From Glaucostegus cemiculus (Eukaryota): 64,000 nt of DNA. Shown one piece after another: positions 1-14,100 of this stretch (its first letter is position 1; every line of letters starts with the position of its first letter). The stretch is taken from the NCBI GenBank assembly GCA_976551045.1, contig CDPCPM010000073.1, positions 18,724,001 to 18,788,000 of the forward strand, read 5' to 3'. Both the position numbers and the translations under genes were made by a program. The notes below the pieces were generated by a model. The model was not told the DNA's origin and ran no database searches. It saw only the letters and a list, made by a program, of their open reading frames with translations.

Positions 1-884
1 GAGTAACCAGCCCCATTACGGCTCAAACACCCATCTCCTCACTGCCTTCTAGTTTGTACTTTTAAAAAAATTACAAAAATGTTCGGTTTTATTTCGGCCA
101 ACATGAATTCTCCATCCCGCAGATATCATCGTATTTTCCACGATAGTTTGCAACCTACGGAGAGAGAAACACATTGGCTTTAATCCTGAATTATGCATTA
201 CCTGTATTCAAACAAACATAAATTTCATGAGGACACATCGTGGAGCAGCAAAATTTCTTGAGAATTATATGTTGGATCTGAATGAACAGGATGTAACTGG
301 TGTAGTTGTGCCTGCTCGATTAAATAAGAGAAAAGCTGTTAAGTGCCTTGAGTATACGTGTAAAAGCATCGGCAACTGCCTGCTACCCAGCGAGTCCCTT
401 ACACAATCCAGCAAGCCTGCCGGGTTCATTTTATTAAAATGTGTTTTCGCTAAGCAACTTTATTTTAAGTGTTTTAATAATTGTTTACTGGAATCTCGTT
501 TTCTTCTTTATTTTGAAGCTTTGAATCTCATTTTCTTCTTTATTTTGAAATGTCTGCTTTTGCCTTGAGGAAGTCAGAGTATTGCGCCTCGAAGTTACTT
601 TATTAGCCACGTATCCCTATGCAAGATTAAACAGTACACGGATCCCGATGCGGCTCGTCTTTCATTCGATGCTGAGTTCCCAGTGAATGGTGGCTAAATG
701 GGACGTGTGTGTGTGTGTGGAGAGAGAAAGCTTATGACGGACCCTAGATCTACGTTTCCCCACCTTTCCTCGCAGGGTCCCCGGAGGACAGACAGCTTTG
801 CCTCTACCTCCTCTCTCATCTCATCTGTCTGTACGCTCCATCGGGCTGATTAACAAAATGCCAAACGCAACTCTATTCCTAATT

Positions 885-950
885 CCCCAGACGTCAGTGT
901 CAATCAGCTTTTAGATATATATAGCTGTGGGCGACTTCTTCCTTCACTAA
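885..950 (+). promoter_or_regulatory. Candidate TATA/Inr core promoter with CRE-like and PBX-MEIS sites
   Basis: GACGTCA 890-896, TGTCAATCA 898-906, TATATATA 916-923. An Inr-like TTCACT has its A at 946, 30 nt after the first T of the TATA box. Confidence 0.4.
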
Positions 951-3359
951 ATCTGCAGCTCCATAAATTGTTCGGGGTGGGGGTGGGGAGAAATCGAGGG
1001 TTCGGAGACACCGAAGAACAAGGCGACAGCTCCAAAGCTGCCTCGCGCCCCGTCCGTCTCGTAACCGCATGGAAAAAAAATGGGGAAAAGACAATGTAAT
1101 GTTATCTATCAATGTGTTTGAGACGGCGTGTAGAAAGCAGAATGAGATGAGGTAAAATATAAAACGAGTCCCACATGTATCTTCAATGCGGACAGGCTGA
1201 TCGATTAGATGACGGGTTATTAAAAAATGCATACATTGCGTGTTCCGACCGTATTAAAGTTGGTTAAATTCCCTCCATGCTCCACTTTTAAAAAAAAAGC
1301 AAAAAAAAACGTTCTCGCAATTGCCCTTCCAATTTCCCAAGAAAGACTACTCACCTTCTTGCAAATAAATAACAGGGTACGAGAGGGTTGGCTGGAGATT
1401 AGCTTGATCTGTCTTGCTCGGGTCTTCACATTGAGATTGAAAAATAAATCTCCAGAATGCCCTTGAGAAACATCTCAGCAAATTCTCCATTGCAACGATT
1501 CGATCAAGCTGGAAAACAACAAGCTGGTAACATTGAAAGAATTTGCTTATACGATATTTGGAACCCAGCTAGAAAGGTCACATTTAATCTGACCACCGCA
1601 GTTTGGACGGTTGTAGACAATGAAAGCAATCCCCCATTTTTTCTCCACCCCTCCCCCTCCTCCTCACTCCAATAAACAAAAGAAGTCGAGATCTTTGTTA
1701 CGGTAAATGAGTTTCCGAGATGTTAAAATGTAGTCGCGCCTTTGCTAAACAGGAATCCGGGAAATCTATAAATCTTCGAATCGGTTAATAATAAAAGAGA
1801 GATATATGACGGTGCAAAATCATGTCCTCGACCCTTCTGATCCCTGCTTTCCGGAGGGAGGGCTTTGAGACGGGGTGAACAGCTACAGAGGTTTCAGGCA
1901 CATTCACACAACACCCAGTATTGCAGTGAATAGTCTCCCCCTCTTAAAGCGAGTACGCACAATTGAATCGGGTCCGACTGGTCAGTTATTACTATTTTTC
2001 TTTTATTTGCGTCGGTTCATAGTATAGTCGTCTTTTCACCTGAAGATTTAATCCTGCGTTGTGATTTCCACTTCAAAAATAAATGTTGCGCAACCAAAAA
2101 TGAACTCTAGGTTCTCGAGGCGAAACCGCGTAGATGGGTTGATAACTTGTGAAGCTGTGTGGACACAAACCATCCATCGAAAATTCTGAGATTAGAATGC
2201 TAATTTATTGAGCTAATTTAACAAACTAGAGATTAATGGAGTACTGTTGGTGCATATTTGGATGTTAGCCGTTATTGCAGTGCAAGGAGTAAAACCCTGG
2301 GAATTGCTGTGGCGTTTAGGGACTAGAATGAAATACGTATAATGAGAACTTTTGCGTGGAATGGCTGTTTCAAGTCAATTCTATATACTCGAAATCAGCA
2401 GACCAGCAATGTGCTTACACGAGGAAATATAACGGCAAGGAGATTGCGATAAAAAAAAGTACGCAACTAAAACAATTGGCTAACATTTTATGAGATACGC
2501 AGACATCACGCATCATCATCTTTCCAGATCTCAATGTTTGGCTATTAACGGTCTGGGGAAGAGGGACACGGACATTTAATTCGACTTGTTCCTCTCGATT
2601 ACGCGTAGGTGACATGACAGCTTTAATAATCCAAGGACAACAGCTTCACACAAAGAAGCGTCTCCTCAGTCGGTATTTTTTTTACCCTCTGATTTGTTGT
2701 CTTGATTTAGCAACAAGCTCATCCGCGAAATGATTCAAAACAGTTTGACAGAGGGACTGAGTCTAATTATTCCGAATTACAACGCAACCGGGCCTAAAGC
2801 CGCCGTCAACTGGGGGGGTTGCAATTCATTTCATTTTAGATGATCGGGGGGGGGGGACAATAGGGGTCCTAGTCACCAGCCTGTGACAGCGTGCGATTTC
2901 TATCCTTGTTTGTTTTCCCTTATTTTTAGTGGTTGTGTGATGGAAAATAAAGATACTCATTGAAGTCAGTTTGGTCCAATCGCACATAATAATATATTAA
3001 ATGTGGAAACAATAGATTCGCGGTACCCAGCTCTGCTTTAAAAAGCCCGATGTGTAGTGTGGTGGGACCCAACGAGTCCTGGTCTGATTCAGATGGGGGG
3101 GGGGGCGCATTTACAAAGTAGTTCATTTCATCTCGGCCAGATACAACTCCTCCTGACTAGAGTATCCTATTTCTTAGTAACATAAACTGCACGTCTATCA
3201 ATATCAGACAATGGTACAAAAAACGGCATTTAGTTTATCGCTGTTTAAATGTGTTTTGTAAAGCAAGATTAAAATGGAGATTCGGAAAAGTTGGTTATTA
3301 AAGGCCTCTTTATTGTTATTCGGAATCTAAATAAATTGCGCCATAAGTCAATTACAAAT

Positions 3360-3577
3360 CAGTTCAGTGTCGGATTGAGAGGGAGAGAGCGAGCCGGTCG
3401 TATGAAGGGAAGAGGAATGTTGTTTTGTGAGTGGATTTGGGGGGCCGACCCTCCCCGGGGACATGTGACCACGGGCTGGCGATTCCATTGATTTTCGTGC
3501 CGCGGCGCTCCAGACTCGGCTGGGAGCGACACCAGAGAGCCCGGGGCCTCCTATCAGGGGCGATGGGCATTCAGACG
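3360..3577 (+). other. Candidate distal alternative first exon (of TNRC18 or of a lncRNA)
   Basis: Locally GC- and CpG-dense block that begins with GA-rich, 5'UTR-like sequence and ends at ACG|GTGAGC (GT 3578-3579). Confidence 0.4.
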
Positions 3578-4753
3578 GTGAGCAGTCCCCAGCGTCGTCA
3601 CCAGCCACATGCTCACCGTCTGCTCTGAGTTCCATTTCTGCGCAGTTATCGCTGCTCCGATCTTGTGCATTTCATAGGAAAAGTCAAACAAACAAAAAAA
3701 AGCAACAGAGCAGTTGTTCCATTCTAATCGGCACTGTGTTTCGCAGTTAAACCTTAATCTCCTTTTCTGCCTTCTATATGCCTCCAACTAAACCGTATGT
3801 GCCCCAGTGAGTACAGTGTGTGTTTCGCGGGGAGAGACTGACTGTTGCTGTGTTTCCACAGGCGCTCAATTCTTCGACGCTGCCGGAAAGAAACCCAATT
3901 GTGCGCGTTTGTTGCAGCCGAATCCTGGAGGGCATTCCGCTCCCTGATCAATTCAGCAGTCAACGTGACACAAAATGGGTTTTAGGTTTGCAGGAAAAAA
4001 AAGTCTCAGAGGACTAAGAGGGGCACAGAGAGGCTTTAAAAAAAACAGCTTTTGAGCGTATCGTGTAGTGTTTCGTGTAGCATTACTGCCCGCGCAAGCG
4101 TTGGGAGGCTGGTTAAAATGGAGCAGCGTTTGAAAAACAACCTTGGTGTAAGATCGTTTTGTAGATTTGAGATCCGCTTCGGCTGTTTCAGATAGTTTAC
4201 TCTTTGCCTTCACCACTGCCCCCCCCCCCCCATTCCCTGTCTGGGTTTAGCAGAGGTTGGAATCGGGCCAAAACTCACTGAAGCTTGATTGAGCGTTGCA
4301 ATTCTGCAATGGAAATTAAATCCCAAACTCCTCCGCTTCTTCCTTCATCTCGTTAGACTCGCCAGAGTTTTTTAAAAGCCAGATAGTTTTAGGAGAGGGT
4401 GAGAGGATGGGGGATGGGAAGAATTGAATGCAGCATGTATTTACACGTCGATGGTGACCTCGATCCCGTGGCCTGTAATAAAGTCTTCACATCTGTCGTT
4501 CAAAGCGTCGGCCGTAATCGGCCGCATTCCCAGCATCGCGTGCTTTGCAAGGTTATGTGTGGTGCAGTTTATTGCGGCGGAGAAATCTCAATAATAATTT
4601 CCTCCTTTCAAAAGTCTTTTTTTAGAGGACAGGTAGTATGAGAAACCCAAAACGCCCAAAAAAATCAGTTTCTTTTTTTACATTGAAAAACTTTCTCGGC
4701 TTGTGAACCGGTGCATTGATTTAGTACACGTTCCCCGAATGTCTCGGTGCACA

Positions 4754-4860
4754 TTCTGACTTCGACCTGAAATCTTACTTCTCTTTCATTTCCCACAAAT
4801 GCTGACTGTTTCCAACATTTCCTGTTTTTATTTCAGGTTTCCGGCATCTGCTCTTTTTTT
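4754..4860 (+). mobile_element. Older single-arm copy of the same element family
   Basis: TCTGAC..TCGACCTGAAA...CCACAAATGCTGACTGTTTCCAACATTTCCTGTTTTTATTTCAGGTTTCCGGCATCTGC, similar to the other copies in this window. Confidence 0.65.
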
Positions 4861-4980
4861 TTGGATTTTCGGTACATGTTGACTGAATTACGTAGGCAGA
4901 ATTACGGGTGATTTTATTTTTACCTACAATGATCGAATTGTAAGCTGCTGACTCGGTAAACATGTTAATCAAACGATTGA

Positions 4981-5155
4981 AAAACACGATGATGCTGGAG
5001 GAGCTCAGCAGGCCAGGCAGCATCCGTGGAGAAAAGCAGCCGGTCCGAAAGGCTGATTGCCTGCTTTTCTCCACGGATGCTGCCTGACCTTCTGAGCTCC
5101 TCCAGCATCATCGTGTTTTTCATCTAGATTCCAGCATCTGCAGTCCTTTGTTTCT
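4981..5155 (+). mobile_element. Young palindromic Penelope-type terminal-repeat element with a 16-bp TSD
   Basis: Arms 4978-5039 and 5061-5122 are reverse complements at 60/62 nt around a 21-nt loop. The 3' tail is TCTAGATTCCAGCATCTGCAGTCCTTTGTTTC. Direct repeat TTAATCAAACGATTGA at 4965-4980 and 5156-5171. Confidence 0.85.
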
Positions 5156-8100
5156 TTAATCAAACGATTGACTCGGTACACATTAACCAAACTAACGACT
5201 CTTGTGACCCCCGCCCTCCACTGGTCTGTCCCCCCCACCTCCTCCGGAAATAAAGACGGGACTGTTGGCATCCGGCACCGTTTGACCCAGCCCGAATTAT
5301 TCTCTTTGTAGACTTCCCAGACTGCTTGTTAATGGGGCTATTTATATTTAAATTCATTTTCAATCTTTGAAAAGGGACTGACAAAGATTCACAGACGTGT
5401 TCTAAACTTCCAAACAGCGGACAATTGGCACGGTGCAGGTATTCATTCACATTAGCGGCACAGTGTGTGTGTGTGTGTGCGCGCAAAAGGGCGGGGGGGG
5501 GGGTGGAGAGGGAGGGGTCGGTAACATATAGGCCCATTTCCAATCGTGGGCTGTCAACGTCAGGCCAAAATTTTGTATTTAAATTCAGCCGATCTGATGG
5601 AAAACGGTCGGTAAATAGAACGCTGGAAAAAATAAAGTTTAGAAAGAAAATTGACCAGTTGACATGATCGTGAAGAAAGGTTCGCAGGCCTTATTGTTGA
5701 AAAAAAAGGATCCAAAATTCGAAATTTGTGCTTTATCCGCATAAAAGAATTAGAGTCCAAGAATGTTAACAGCATTTTTAATCCAGAAAAATGAGAGAGA
5801 GAGATTTGTGAAACTTACTCAAATTTGTATTACACTATTTGTCTTACATTGTACCCTTGTTACAGAAACATACGGTGTACACTTGCCAGTAATTTTTGAT
5901 CGTTCATTATTCTTCCACTCTTGTCAAATATTCTCCAATGATGTCAAATGGAGAACCTACGACTGCTGTCCTTCGCCTCTGTACTTCTGTATTATGGGTC
6001 ACTACGTTTGACTTGCGCTCTGGGACAGACTGAAAGAAGTGTTCTTAACACGGAGCTGAAGTAACGGTGGACGATCTAGATCTTTACCAAGTCCCAGGGC
6101 ACTCCATGAATCAATTTTCTCTCTGTACTAGGACTTCACATTTCTAAATTATTCAAAATGTACGTCTTCTTGCCAACAATTGGCGTTATTAAAGTACTGT
6201 GGATAAACATTGTGAATTAATATTTTATTCCTTTTGTGTATCTTTACATTTTTTTCTCAATCAGAAAAATAGTGTCAGTTTTTTGCATAACAACGATGGG
6301 TGTCTTGTTCACTTCCATACCATGTAGTTAAGATTGGTATCTTGTTGCTATGTAATTATGTTAATGCTTTATTGTTGTATATTCTGTATTGGCACGTTGT
6401 TATTGTATAGTCACTGATAATATTCTTATATCGCCAGTCTCAGCACTTTCAGAAAATATGGCAAAATCCTGCTCAGCTCTCACGGTCAGCAAAGACCTTT
6501 ATAGACTATTACATCACAGATTGTCCTAATAAGACCAGAAATCTCAACTATTTACAGGGAATCTTTTAGTGTCGATAATATCATCTCGTTTATTACCATA
6601 ATTTCACTTCATTTTGTAGGACAGAAAGAGCTTTATGTTGACACGCCAGTGTTGATATTCCGAAACAAAATTCATATGCATTCAGAACGACAATGTGTCA
6701 TTCTGGAATCTGATGTCACCAATGGTTCAGGGCGTAATTAATCCCTAATGAATTCTGATCATTTATCCGTTCTATGTTATTCGGCTGAAAGTACTGTACA
6801 TAAATAATAAACCGATTTACGTCAGAACCTTTGGGTTAAAATCAGATTAGATGTTTCACATAAACATTATCAGCATCAATTTCTGTTACTTACTTTAGAA
6901 CTGTCAGTTCCATACCTATATTACTGGGTTGGTCTAAAGACTTTATGCCACTGGTAAAATGAGAATGGAGTCTAATTGCAGCAAGCCACCTAAATGGAAA
7001 TTGTTTCTTTTCCCTTTCAGCCCCATTCTCTCTCCTTCCTCTTGGCTCTCTGCTATTTAAATAAATTAGCTATTGACTTTTTTTTGGGGGGGGGAAAGAA
7101 ACGTAAATTTAGAGAGTGTTAGTCTGAAATGCAAATATAGCTTCAGATTTCCTGGAGCTCAAGTCATTAAAAAATACGTTTAGAACAGTCTAAACACCTA
7201 CATAATGACCAGACGCACAACTGTGGTTTTATTTTCCTATGTGAGATCAGCACAGGGTAATATAAACCCAATCCAACAAAGTGAATACCCATTTGCTCTT
7301 AAATGCGTTTTTCCTCTTCTAGAGAATATTCTTTCAGCTGAAAGGCGCTCCAAATAGTGATCGTACGTGCTCTGTAACACAAGGCATGAGTCTACATTTA
7401 CTGAAAGTGTTTGCTGCCTTCTCCTGAAACCCTTTACAATATGGAGATGGGGTAGTGGGGGGGGGGATTAGTTAATTAAAAATATAAAAACTCTTAATTA
7501 ATCAAATGGGAAAAATATTTATAAGCGTTCCACATTCTTGTATGGTTGCCTGAATTCTTCACATCTATAATTTTCCTTTTATGGGATTAATTTAAATATA
7601 GATCGATTTTCGTGACATCAAAAGACCGAGGATCACCTCGGGTCATCGATGTCACCACCATTTTGGCCTTCAGTGTACGTGTAGATATTAAGTACAATTA
7701 AATGCCTCACCAGGTAACCGGACTGATGTACTGGTGCTGGAGAGAGCAAGTAATAAGTATAGTATGGCAAAGTTTTACGGAGAAAATGTCCTTTGTATCG
7801 TAAATGCTGGCTACATTTGCTCTGCAGATGGTGTGGTAATCCATACATTAGGAATCACATACTCCGGTCTATATACAGTACACAGAAAAGAATGGCATTC
7901 TAAATGTCAGAATGCGTTTCTGCGGATTTCAGGCAGCAATGGGGGAGGGGTAGTCACACTAGACAGAGATGTCCTTTTTGCTCGTTCGGTAGAACCATTC
8001 CATATAGACTCTGCTATATTTTACTCGCGAATATTTTGTTTACAGATAATCGGCAATTTTACTGCCGAATTTGTTCTCTTGGAAATTTTGCAATATTCAG

Positions 8101-11100
8101 CAGGTTTATAAAACCTGGAGAAAGAGCGCGAAAGAATGGTTTGAGACTACAAAAGTCGGCAAAGCGTTAAAACGAATCTCACAGGAACAGCGAACAAAGA
8201 TGGAAAGTGCAGCTAAACTCGCCTTCCTTGCTTCAGTCGCTTTCCATGTGTTGAGTGATATAACTTGGCCTGATCCCGTGTCTTGTAACATCGCCCCTTC
8301 TCTCTTTATTCACTCTTTTGCTTCTCTTCCCCGTGCCATTCAATTAGTCTTTCTTTCTCTCCTTGTTCCCATTTTAATTCTCCCACACTATTTATTCCCC
8401 AGAGCTGGTTGATTACCGACCCCTATCTTGTTATCTCTCTGTCCTTCGCTCTCATTCCCTCCACATTCGGTTTTTCCCTCTTCCACATGATTCATTCGCG
8501 AGGAGCAGCTGATATCGGACACTCATTAGGAAACAGATGAGGCACAGTTTTGTACCAGCATGCAAAGTTCCTTTTATCCCCTGTAATAAATCAAACGACG
8601 CAGACAGAGACAGCGTGGAGAAAATAATAAATACACAAGGATTCGCGTTTGGATTTTTCTCTTTGTTACGTTAAAACTTTATCAAGATGGACCATTTCAA
8701 AATCCTTGTATTATTTATCAGTTTATACATAACATAGCTTTAAGTTAAAATACTGTTTTAAGAGCCTTTTCCTTTGGAAGGTATCGTCCAGTGCTTAATG
8801 TTTTGTCAGAAGACAGTATTTCCCGTTCGCAATGTCTATATTATTTAATGTAATGTCCTGTTCTCTTAGATGCATTCTCCTCCCGTGTCATGGGAGATAT
8901 ATTCTATCAGATTCATTCACTTGTCTATGTATTGTCAAGTCTATTGGTTACTGTGGTATTTGAGCAAAGAATCCGAATGCCCAGGGATTGCCTGTAAATA
9001 TTGTGATTATGTAGAAAAATCAGACACGTAAAGCTCGTTATTCACAACAGTCTACTCTGTCAATTTCGCGTCAGTTTCTCAGGCTTCCGAATCAACTGGT
9101 GGCTCTGACTAAAATGCACCATAGCTGCAGCGCTCACATGTAGATGACCTTAAAAAGAACAAAAATGCTACGCTGTATGAAATGATCGCGGGTATTTAAA
9201 TACGTAGGAGACAATGTACCGTTTGTTGGTTCCCGGTATGTCAGGTTAGTGAGTTATAAAGAAACAAACACACAAAGAAAACCTCTTAGAATCCAAAAGG
9301 AGACATAGAAGAGACCCTGTACTGTGAATATAAAATGCTTACAGTGGATATTAAGGTTTTTGCCTGCATGTTCTAACAAGCCCTCTAACTCAAGTCAGGA
9401 TTTGTACCAGAGGCAAGCACTGAAAAAAGCTCCGCTATCCACCATTCTCTGCAAACTCACAAGAAGTTCTTTTATAGGAAGCCAGTGACTCTAGGAGAGC
9501 TTGTTTGTTTTCCGATTTCAGATGTTGCCTCGCATTTCCAATGAAGGGAGGAAGCATGTGAGGTAAAACTCGCCCTCAGTCAGGTCCCAGCCACACACTG
9601 ATCAGATTTATTGAAAACCTCTGGCGCTTATCAAGATTCTCTAACCTCACTCTCCTTCCCCTTCTCCGCGGCCACCAAGCACCACCCTTAAATCATTTCT
9701 TTTTTAAAAATTGTTTGTGAAACTCTCTTTCCCGGTTCTCGAGTTGGATGCTCTGATTTATGATCCGGGTTTAAAGGGTATTCTGTGTATCCGACAGCTA
9801 CTTCATCCTTATCCTAACACAGAAAGCAGACGAAGATCTTAAATAAACTACAGTGTATGTGCAAAATTAAAAGCGACTGCACTGTACAAAAAGAAGCGAT
9901 ACTGCTACCTTCAAAACCATCTGACATGGGCAATTTAGAGCACCAGGAATTTTTAGTAACTGTTCGGTTTGGTTTAATGTGGTCGTCAGCAAATTGATAG
10001 AATGGGATCGCTGAATTTACCACATTAATAAAGAGGCGAGCGTTGGGGTTGAGTTCCGTTAACGATTGGCCAGGGCTCTTGAAAGCTGAAATGGCAGCAA
10101 GTGACCAGATCCGAGTGAAATGAGGTTTTTGTGACATGTTTCACCAGCTCGAAAAGTAATATCCGCATGTGGACCTGGAATTTACCGATGTGATCAATGT
10201 GCACCGTCCGTCATTGACTCGGTGCCTCCTCTTTGGCTGTGCGGTTGTATTTGGAAATTTTAGTGCACTTTTTATCAAAATGAATTGACAAGCAACTCAG
10301 AGACCAAGCAAACTGACCCTCTGAACAAACAGGACCTCGGTAAAGATCTTGACATAAATTTATGGTAGAACGTATTAGGAAAGAAACGTATATTTTAAAG
10401 TGTTTTCATTTCCTTGTGTTTTATTTGCATGATGTTCCGCAAGACCTTATAAAGAAGTGTAATAAAAGAGGGGAGAGAGTGTTGTGTGTAGAAATCAATA
10501 GCTCATTGCACTAGTAAAAGGTTTAGCTAACCAGCAATATATTTGCAACGTCTATAGTTAAAACCCTACGCACAGTCTAGTTAACTTGCAATCATTGTCT
10601 AACGATTTCGGAGAAGATGCTTTACAACATGGAAAATCATAGGTAGAATTTGTGCTGAGGTGTATAAGAAACTTTATATAAGCCCCAGTGATAGGTAGAA
10701 AGATAATGGGGCAATGGCCTTGGAAATCCCGTTTCCTGGAACAGCTAGGAAGGATATCTGCCAGCTCTCCTTGGAGATTGATTTGGCTGGCTCGCTAACT
10801 TTAACGCAATGGATAATGCTAACACGAGAATATCAAGGTGTATGATTGCATTGAATCGTGTTTGTATATTTATCAGTTCATTTTCTGGACAGCCAAGTTT
10901 AATCTCGTGGCAGAAAGGAACGTTTTTTTTTGTTCTCCAAAGCCTGCTCTCAAATCCCCTCTAATCTTCAACCTCCTATTTCTACCGCTCCACCCTTCCC
11001 CCACCCTAAACGCGCACGCACGCACACACACACACACATAACCATTTTTGTTTGCACAAAAGAGATTTTGGAATTCCAGATTTACGGCGGAGTTAATGAA

Positions 11101-14100
11101 AATAATTGCGTGTTTATGTTTCGATGCCAAAACAACGGCAGTGAAAGCAGTCCACATGTACTCTCCGGTGAGGCATATTTCCACTCAAGGAATCGCTAAT
11201 CACAGTCCTGGTCTAATGCGAAACTCACACCACTCGTTTTCAGCTGAAATAGTAACAGCAAACAGTGTGCATTTTGTTTATCTTGCTGCTTATTTGGCTC
11301 CGCTGGCAGACCAAAGAACACAAAGGTGATTCATGTAGATAAGTTAGCTGTCGAGACCTCATATCTAATGACTGTGACTTCACGTTCTTCTATTCTGCCG
11401 TTCCAAGGCGGAGACATATTGATCCAAATTCTTTCGATTTTCAGCGTGTTTGCTTGAAGAATCATGCTGTTCTAACGTAAAATTTTCTTTTCTCCCCACT
11501 AGGGCTCCTTTAGATACAATTTCTTTCGACACGTCGCCACGTATATTGGACTTTGAGAGATGGCTTTTTTTATTTTTATATAAATCTGTATGTAATTGTA
11601 CTGGAAAATGTTTCTTAACGTGACATTTCCTACTTACATCAAATATTGTTGACAGTGCCAAAATCCAATTGTTTAAGGGTTAAAGGGCATTCGTGGTGCA
11701 TTACATGACAATCCAGTAAAGTTTATTTCCTCGTTGCAGATTATTTTATAAAAGAAAAGCTTAAGTTCCACTTATTGTAGACCATAATACTCGGAACTAA
11801 AGTGAGCACAGTATACCTTAGCACCAAACCTCCTGAAACAAATGGGTTGTTTAACTGTGATGTTCTTTATTCTGTAATTGCATTGCGAACATCACTTTAA
11901 CCGAGGGATATTACAGATATGGTCAACATCCAGGCCTCACTTGAGAGAACATCAACTATAACCCAGTTAGTTTGCCTTAAGTATTTCGGGGCTTTTCTCT
12001 TACTGTTGTCACTGATGCGCGGTTACTGTTTTCCAATTATTTGACCGTTGACCAGTAAAACAAATATAATGCGCTTTCACCATAAGGGGAGTCAGCTGTC
12101 GCACGTGTTTATTAAAGAGCTTAAAACACGCAATGAAATGTTTGAAGATGTGTGTGCCAGTGTCCTTGTCATCCTATAATGATGCTAGCATAGTTGTTGT
12201 TTATAAAAACACACAAATAGAAGCAGCCTTTTCCCGTTTTACCGAAGTTCAGGTGAGTTCGCTAAAGCCGCAGCTGTCCCCACCGTTCCACCCTACCTCA
12301 GCTGTAACCGAAGTCACAGAAACGTCTAAACAAGATACAGAAAGAATTGTGTCAAAAGCTGATTTGTTGACCGCTGAATCATTTCATTATCTCAACGCGT
12401 CGTTTCGTTTTATTGACTTAAAAGAAGTAAGGTTTAAAACACGCCTCGTTTTGTCAACCCCTCCCCCTTCAGTTGAATGTGAAAGGACAACCACAATAGC
12501 ATCCTTATCTGCAGATAGCTCCAACCAGTTCTCTCCGGTTGCTCTGTGAGCTGTAGATAGGCCATTTCTGATATCGCAATGTAACATGAAGTAACGTTAC
12601 AGCGGTACGTGTGCTGTGTTTTACAATGTGGTCGTGTTGTAACTCACGACTTAGTCTCAGGACATTAAGATTTCCAAGACTGTGAAACTGTGATTTTGCA
12701 GTCCGCTCTGAATTGATACAGGCTCGTATTATGGAGCGGGCACCTCGTTAATTATTGTACAACATTATTGTTGCGCAGCGTTAGATTTATCGTAGCAACC
12801 GAACGCTCACATTCTGTTTATAATTCGCTTTCGGCTAATCGCGTCTTTTCCCCCAAATATGCTGAAGGATGTAAGCACGCGGTCAGTGTTTTAATTCAGA
12901 TCGATTGTACAGGATCTGGACGGTGACAAATAAATGGGTTGAAAAAAAGAGCAACGCCCTGACATAATTTACTGTGGTCAGTCCGGCGAGATTTATTGCC
13001 GCCACTGCACTTCTGATCTCGAGCTTTGTGAAGAACTGTTTGCAATGCAAATATCCGGGGAAATTAACTGATTTAAATCAATGAGCGTGCACACACTCGC
13101 ACATAGGGAGAAAATATTACGTTTACCCTGGCAAATATAAACGGTGCAAAGTAGACATTATCGATTGCAGCCCAAGGTTACTGAATACATACACCCCAAC
13201 CTCCATTGGTACAAAGAGACAGCCGGATTCAATCTGGCTGCAAAGTTCGGGAAGATTTTTACTTTCATGAATTCGGTTTTCAGCTTCTCAAATCAAAAGC
13301 TGAACGGGCATGTTAATTAATAACCCAACAAAGTTCGTCAGAAGAAAATGACAGTCGCGCTTTAAAAGCTGAAATGTATGTGGTGGGAACATGGTTTTGG
13401 AATCTGACTCTGTTGTGCAGGACATTTCACTGTCCGACGTGGATCCTAATTATAAGTCTTTCTCTAGAATTGCTATCAGAAAGCCTCACAAGTTTTATTC
13501 TATACGATCGGCAGGGAAACCAGAGTATACTATAGTTGGAGAGATTATCAAAAACTATGTTGATTGACATACGGGGACCGAAAGCAGCATGCCAAGCAGG
13601 TGACGGTCTTTAAAATAGCCTTTCAACTTTGAAAGTTTTATTACATCCATTTTCGTGCTTCTAACCTTTTAGAACAACGTATGCTGCGGTATCAAGATTA
13701 CCTTCTCTAAATCAACACCCTTCTCTTCCATGATGTTTTATAGCAGGCATTAACTACTCGAATCAAATCAAGCAACCATTCTATGAGTACAATATATTGG
13801 ATTGAGGTTCAGTCCTTGTGGACAATATCTTGGGAATCATTACCTCTGTTTACACAGGGCTTTTGGAAGTGACACGGCTATATCAGCTTAATCGAAAATT
13901 TTAGGTACATATTAATTTTTATTTATATGTGCTCTGACTTGCTGACGCCAACGACACTGGCTTTGCTCAAGTATGAGAATCACTCTTTTACTTAAAAAGG
14001 AAAATACCGCGGACTGTATTTATTTTTAAATCACCCTTGGATTTGAAAAATCGTTTGCCAAAGTTGCCAATATTTCCTATTCCAACCATTTAATCTCTTT

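Noticed and set aside
4978-5122. Hairpin as a pre-miRNA or a classical TIR MITE
   Set aside because: It belongs to a multi-copy family in this window and has a long TSD and an asymmetric tail. No known mature miRNA was recognised.
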